Origin: an uncultured Chloroflexia bacterium
GTDB taxonomy: Bacteria > Chloroflexota > Limnocylindria > Limnocylindrales > CSP1-4
Reading direction: 5' to 3'
DNA: 64,000 nt
Assembly (NCBI GenBank): GCA_963821595.1
Contig: CAWGEL010000023.1
Coordinates: 138,930-202,929 of the forward strand
The stretch's first letter is position 1. The number at the start of each line of letters is the position of its first letter. The translations under genes were made by a program, and so were the position numbers. Below, piece by piece: positions 60,063 to 64,000 of this stretch. Under the pieces are notes generated by a model, which saw only the letters and a list, made by a program, of their open reading frames with translations, was not told the origin of the DNA and made no database searches.

Positions 60063-61301
60063 GTGGTGAACGTGGCGCGGCCGGCGCTTCAGCTGGGCCG
60101 CGACGCCCGCCTCGTCTTCGTGACCCGCTCCGTCCGCATGTTCGGCTACGGACTCGTGTCCGTGGTCCTGGTGCTCTACCTCGCGGCGATCGGCCTGGAC
60201 GGCTTCTCCATCGGCATCGTGCTCGCCCTGACGCTCCTCGGCGATGCGGCGATCTCGCTGTGGCTGACGACCCACGCGGACCGGGTGGGCCGGCGGCGCG
60301 TCCTGATCGTGGGTGCGCTGCTCATGTGCCTGGCCGCGGCCGGCTTCGCCTCGACGACGTGGCTGCCGGTCCTGGTCGCCGCCGCAACCATCGGCGTCAT
60401 CAGCCCGAGCGGCAACGAGGTGGGCCCCTTCCTGGCCGTGGAGCAGGCGGCCCTCTCCCAGATCACGCCGGACGCGGCGCGAACGCGCATCTTCGCCTGG
60501 TTCAACCTCGTCGGATCCTTCTCGACGGCGGCCGGCGCGCTCGCCGGGGGAGCGATGGCCGGGGCGCTCGCCGGGGCCGGCCTGGCCAGCGCCGACGCCT
60601 ACCGGCTGGTGATCGTCGCGTACGCCTTCGTCGGCATCGCCCTGGCCATCCTGTTCTCTGCCGTATCGCCGGCCGTGGAGGTGCGCGACGCGCCGGACAT
60701 GACGGTCGCCCGCCGGCTGGGGCTCCACAGGTCGCGCGGCACGGTGGCCCGCCTGGCGGCGCTCTTCAGCCTCGACGCGTTCGGCGGCGGGTTCGTCGTC
60801 CAGTCGCTCATCGCCTACTGGTTCCACCTCCGGTTCGGCGCCGACCCTGCCGCCATCGGCGCCATCCTGTTCGGGGCGAACCTCCTGGCGGGGATCTCCG
60901 CCCTGGCTGCCGCGCGGATCGCGGACCGGATCGGCCTGATCGCCACCATGGTGGTCACCCACCTCCCGTCGAACATCCTGCTGATCGCGGTCCCCCTGAT
61001 GCCGACGCTGCCGCTGGCGGCGATCGTGCTGCTGGCTCGCTTCTCGATCAGCCAGATGGACGTCCCGACGCGGCAGTCCTACACGATGGCGGTGGTGGAC
61101 CCGGACGAGCGGTCGGCGGCGGCCGGGATCACCGGGATCGCGAGGAGCCTGGGCGCGTCGATCTCGCCCCTCATCGCCGCGCCCCTGGTCGGAACCGCCG
61201 CCCTGGCCGGCCTGCCGATGATCCTCGCCGGCAGCTTGAAGGTGGTCTACGACCTGCTGCTGTGGCGATCGTTCCGTTCGCTGCGGCCGCCCTCGGGCTG
61301 A
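60063..61301 (+). CDS. MFS transporter
   Basis: It has ~12 TM helices and the loop motif ADRVGRRRVLI. Confidence 0.8.
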   Translation: MVNVARPALQLGRDARLVFVTRSVRMFGYGLVSVVLVLYLAAIGLDGFSIGIVLALTLLGDAAISLWLTTHADRVGRRRVLIVGALLMCLAAAGFASTTWLPVLVAAATIGVISPSGNEVGPFLAVEQAALSQITPDAARTRIFAWFNLVGSFSTAAGALAGGAMAGALAGAGLASADAYRLVIVAYAFVGIALAILFSAVSPAVEVRDAPDMTVARRLGLHRSRGTVARLAALFSLDAFGGGFVVQSLIAYWFHLRFGADPAAIGAILFGANLLAGISALAAARIADRIGLIATMVVTHLPSNILLIAVPLMPTLPLAAIVLLARFSISQMDVPTRQSYTMAVVDPDERSAAAGITGIARSLGASISPLIAAPLVGTAALAGLPMILAGSLKVVYDLLLWRSFRSLRPPSG

Positions 61302-61432
61302 CCGGCGGGCGCGCGACCGCCCGTCGCGGGAACCTCCGCGCCTCGCACGGGGCCCGCACCAGTGGAGCCCGGGAGCCGGTACTGCCCGATCCATGTCGCT
61401 GCCGTGCCCGCCCGGCGTCGCCAGCGCCAGCG

Positions 61433-62284
61433 CTAGCGATTGCGGCCCGCCCGCACGAAGAAGTGCGTCCCGACGACGAGGAAGACGACGAAGAACGCGC
61501 CCGTGACGGCCAGGTCGAGCCAGAGCGGGTGCAGGACCGCCGCGGCGTATTCCGGCTTGCCCAGGTAGAAGATGTTGCGGGCGAGGTCGATCGAATAGGT
61601 CATCGGGATGATCTTCGAGAGCAGCCCGAGGATGCCCGACGATGCGGCCACGGGGATCATCGCGCCGGACAGGAACATCTGCGGGAACACCAGCAGCGGC
61701 ATGCCGACTGCGGCCGTCTTCGGGTCGTGGACGAAGCCGATGAAGATGATCCCCAGCGAGCCGCCGGCGAGGGCAAGAACCGGCGCCAGGGCGACGACGC
61801 GGAGCAGGTCGCCGGGATCCATCGGGATTCCCATGACCACGATCATCGCCACGATGCCGACCAGCGAGACCAGGGTGGCGACGGCAGACCCGATGAGCTT
61901 GCCGACCAGCACGGCATACCGCGAGATGGGGGCAACGAATAGCTCGGCCGTGAAGTCGTTCTCCCGTTCCTCAACCAGGCTGGTGATGCTGGCGATGGTC
62001 CCCTGGTACATGGACATCGCGATCATGCCGATCACCATGAAGGGCAGGTAGGCGTACGGGAGGGCGGCGCCGAAGTTCTGGCTGATGCTCCCGCCGAGCA
62101 CGCCGATGAAGAGCACCGGGAAGATCACCGTGAACGCCAGCGACGCCGGGCTCTTGACGGCCCGCAGGATCTCCCGCCAGGCGATGGCGAACGTGGCATT
62201 GATCTCAGTGACCAGGCGTCCGCGGATGTCCGGCGCGGCGACGGCGGGGCGGGCCGCGGCCCTGGTGGTGAGCTCGGCGGTCAT
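61433..62284 (-). CDS. ABC-2 type exporter permease
   Basis: It has six TM helices with an ABC-2 pattern. The ATG overlaps the ATPase stop (ATGA at 62281-62284). Confidence 0.8.
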   Translation of the reverse strand: MTAELTTRAAARPAVAAPDIRGRLVTEINATFAIAWREILRAVKSPASLAFTVIFPVLFIGVLGGSISQNFGAALPYAYLPFMVIGMIAMSMYQGTIASITSLVEERENDFTAELFVAPISRYAVLVGKLIGSAVATLVSLVGIVAMIVVMGIPMDPGDLLRVVALAPVLALAGGSLGIIFIGFVHDPKTAAVGMPLLVFPQMFLSGAMIPVAASSGILGLLSKIIPMTYSIDLARNIFYLGKPEYAAAVLHPLWLDLAVTGAFFVVFLVVGTHFFVRAGRNR

Positions 62285-63234
62285 GCGGCAGCCTCCTCCG
62301 GCTGGCGGAGGAGGTGCACATACGCCTCCTCCAGGCTTGGTTCGTGGATGCGAAGGACCGAGAGCGGCGTCGCGATCCTGGCGATGAGGGATTGAGCGGT
62401 GGCGTCCGAATAGGGGACGCGGAAGAGGCCGGACGGGTCGAGCGCCGGGGCCAGGCCGAGCTTTCGCAGCTCCGCGTCCAGCGCGGGCCGGTCCGGCGCG
62501 TCGAGGAGGACGGCCCGCTCCAGCAGCCGGCGCTTCAGGTCGTCGGGCGTCCCGTCGATGGCGATGCGGCCGCGATCGATCACGCAGACGCGATCGGCCT
62601 CCTCTGCCTCCTCCAGGTAGTGGGTGGTGAGGAAGACCGTGGTCCCGTCCTCGGCGCGCACGCCGCGCAGGTAGTCCCACAGGTCGTGGCGGCTGACGGG
62701 ATCCAGGCCCGACGTCGGCTCGTCGAGGAAGAGCACGCGCGGCCGGTGCATCAGGCTGCGGATGATCTCCAGCTTGCGCTTCATCCCGCCGGAGTACGTC
62801 TTGAGCGGACGGCCCACGTCGTCGCCGAGGCCGACCACGCCCGCGAGGTGCTCGACGCGCCGGCGGTACTCCGGCGGCATCCACCGGTAGAACGGGCGGT
62901 ACGAGTAGATGCCGTAGATGGCGACGTGGAGGCGGATGTTCTCCTCGCCGGAGAGGTGCTGGTCCAGGCTCGGGTTCTGGAAGATGATCCCGATGCTGCG
63001 GCGGACGCCGGTGGCATCGCGATCCAGGTCGTGGCCGGCGATCTCGACGCGGCCGCTGGACTTGGCCAGGGTCGTGGTCAGGATGCTGATGGTGGTCGTC
63101 TTGCCGGCGCCGTTGGGTCCGAGGAAGGCGAAGAGCTCGCCCGGGGCAACGCGCAGGCTGATGTCGTCGACGGCCGGCGTCGCCGCCTGCTTGTAGCGCT
63201 TCGTCAGGTGGTCGACCGTGATGATGCTGTCCAT
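62281..63234 (-). CDS. ABC transporter ATP-binding protein (DrrA/ABC-2 partner type)
   Basis: Walker A is GPNGAGKTT, the signature is YSGGMKRKL, and Walker B is LFLDEPTSGLD. The start is ATG 63234. Confidence 0.85.
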   Translation of the reverse strand: MDSIITVDHLTKRYKQAATPAVDDISLRVAPGELFAFLGPNGAGKTTTISILTTTLAKSSGRVEIAGHDLDRDATGVRRSIGIIFQNPSLDQHLSGEENIRLHVAIYGIYSYRPFYRWMPPEYRRRVEHLAGVVGLGDDVGRPLKTYSGGMKRKLEIIRSLMHRPRVLFLDEPTSGLDPVSRHDLWDYLRGVRAEDGTTVFLTTHYLEEAEEADRVCVIDRGRIAIDGTPDDLKRRLLERAVLLDAPDRPALDAELRKLGLAPALDPSGLFRVPYSDATAQSLIARIATPLSVLRIHEPSLEEAYVHLLRQPEEAAA

Positions 63235-63444
63235 GAGCCGGATGCTCGCGGTCGAATGTGGAGCCGCCGTGGAGTCGCGATGGCGAAACCTGGCAGGCAG
63301 CACGCGGCCCACGATCCCGGGCCCGCCACGGCGCCTCCACATTGGCTCCACACCGGCGTGGGAGCCTTCGCTCGTGACCGCTCCCATGACTGCCGCCCGG
63401 CAACTGCGCCCGATCCCGCGGGCGTCATCCCCGGCACCACGACG

Positions 63445-64000
63445 ATGCCGCTGATGCGCACGATCCTCGTCGTCGACGACGAACCGAAGATCGTCACGGT
63501 CGCCCGCGACTACCTCGAGCACGCGGGCTATGCCGTGCTGACCGCACGCGACGGCCGCGAAGCCATCGAATCGGCGCGCCGGCGCCGGCCGGACCTTGTC
63601 GTGCTCGACATCGGCCTGCCCGAGCTCGACGGCCTGGAGGTCACCCGTGAGCTCCGGCGCGACTCCTCGATCCCGATCGTCATGCTGACCGCCCGCGACG
63701 ACGAGCTGGACAAGCTGCTGGGGCTCGAGCTCGGCGCGGACGACTACCTGACGAAGCCCTTCTCGCCCCGCGAGCTGGTCGCCCGCGTCCGGGCGGTCCT
63801 TCGCCGGTCGGAGCGGGCGGCCGAGCCGGGCGAGGTCATCCGGGCCGGTGACCTGGTCATGGACGTGCCGCGGATGCGGGCGGAGCTCGGCGGGCGGGCC
63901 ATCGACCTGACGGCGACCGAGTTCAACCTGCTGGCCGTCCTGGCCGCGAGTCCCGGGCGAATCTTCACGCGATCGCAGCTCCTCGACGCCCTCCGCGGCG
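63445..64000 (+). CDS. OmpR/PhoB-family response regulator (3-prime end cut by window edge)
   Basis: This open frame is not in the track because it has no stop. The translation reads MRTILVVDDEPKI...DLVVLDIGLPELDG...YLTKPFSPRELVARV followed by the start of a winged-helix domain (LTATEFNLLAVLA). Confidence 0.85.
   Translation, partial: MPLMRTILVVDDEPKIVTVARDYLEHAGYAVLTARDGREAIESARRRRPDLVVLDIGLPELDGLEVTRELRRDSSIPIVMLTARDDELDKLLGLELGADDYLTKPFSPRELVARVRAVLRRSERAAEPGEVIRAGDLVMDVPRMRAELGGRAIDLTATEFNLLAVLAASPGRIFTRSQLLDALRG

Noticed and set aside
1-64000. Mobile elements, prophage, a defence island, or tRNA/rRNA genes.
   Set aside because: No integrase, transposase, phage structural or known defence-system motifs were seen in any supported ORF. 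No cloverleaf-like or rRNA-like sequence was noticed. Composition is uniform except for a few short AT-richer promoter patches.

Overview
This is a very GC-rich chromosomal segment (about 70 percent by eye, with codon third positions almost all G/C). It looks actinobacterial: it carries a tandem-GNAT MshD-like gene, a PIG-L Mca/MshB-like gene, HemQ/ChdC, and a CysO-CysM-Mec cysteine pathway. About 62 protein-coding genes are supportable. The ORF track also holds many long antisense or out-of-frame ORFs, typical of high GC, which I rejected. I recognised no rRNA, tRNA, CRISPR array, transposase or integrase.

Content from left to right:
- 2-6987: a compact bacterial microcompartment (BMC) operon of the sugar-phosphate-utilisation (SPU) type. 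It encodes a SorC regulator, an RpiB-like isomerase, a deoxyribose-phosphate aldolase, an acylating aldehyde dehydrogenase, one BMC-H, two tandem-domain BMC-T-like proteins and three BMC-P domains. Two of the BMC-P domains are fused in one reading frame.
- 7102-7965: a MerR/GyrI-like regulator with a clear palindromic operator.
- 8016-12232 (minus strand): a translationally coupled operon of sufU, rhodanese::MoeB/ThiF, cysO, cysM, mec (JAMM) and a small membrane protein.
- 12349-13053: two different GC-rich tandem-repeat arrays.
- 13078-17406: a frameshifted orphan solute-binding lipoprotein gene, then sufS, sufC and an Rrf2 regulator. No sufB or sufD is present.
- 17.5-29.5 kb: housekeeping and accessory genes, including GNATs, a deacetylase, BI-1, a PduO-type adenosyltransferase, SufT, DUF433, DUF885, a class IV aminotransferase and a DmpA-type peptidase.
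- 29.8-35.9 kb: an MCP, CheW and a large hybrid histidine kinase.
- 36-41.3 kb: HemQ, a flavodoxin (HemG-like), an S41 protease and lysine 2,3-aminomutase.
- 41.3-42.2 kb: a repeat-filled intergenic region.
- 43-49.3 kb: a DsbA-like gene, an FTR1 iron permease, and a divergent cluster of a ferric-reductase-like membrane protein, two coiled-coil proteins and ApbE.
- 49.5-64 kb: an SDR, a secreted PKD/C39-like peptidase, an Rrf2(NsrR-like)-NirK pair, a BcsA-like GT2-PilZ synthase, a CoA-transferase, a PQQ sugar dehydrogenase, a PIG-L deacetylase, an MFS transporter, an ABC-2 exporter and a partial OmpR-type response regulator.

The best candidate for an under-described system is the BMC locus and its unusual features: the fused BMC-P, a Cys-rich extension on the aldolase, an Asp-for-Cys RpiB, and no cofactor-recycling enzymes in view. 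All function calls come from motif and family recognition by reading the translations. No database search was run.
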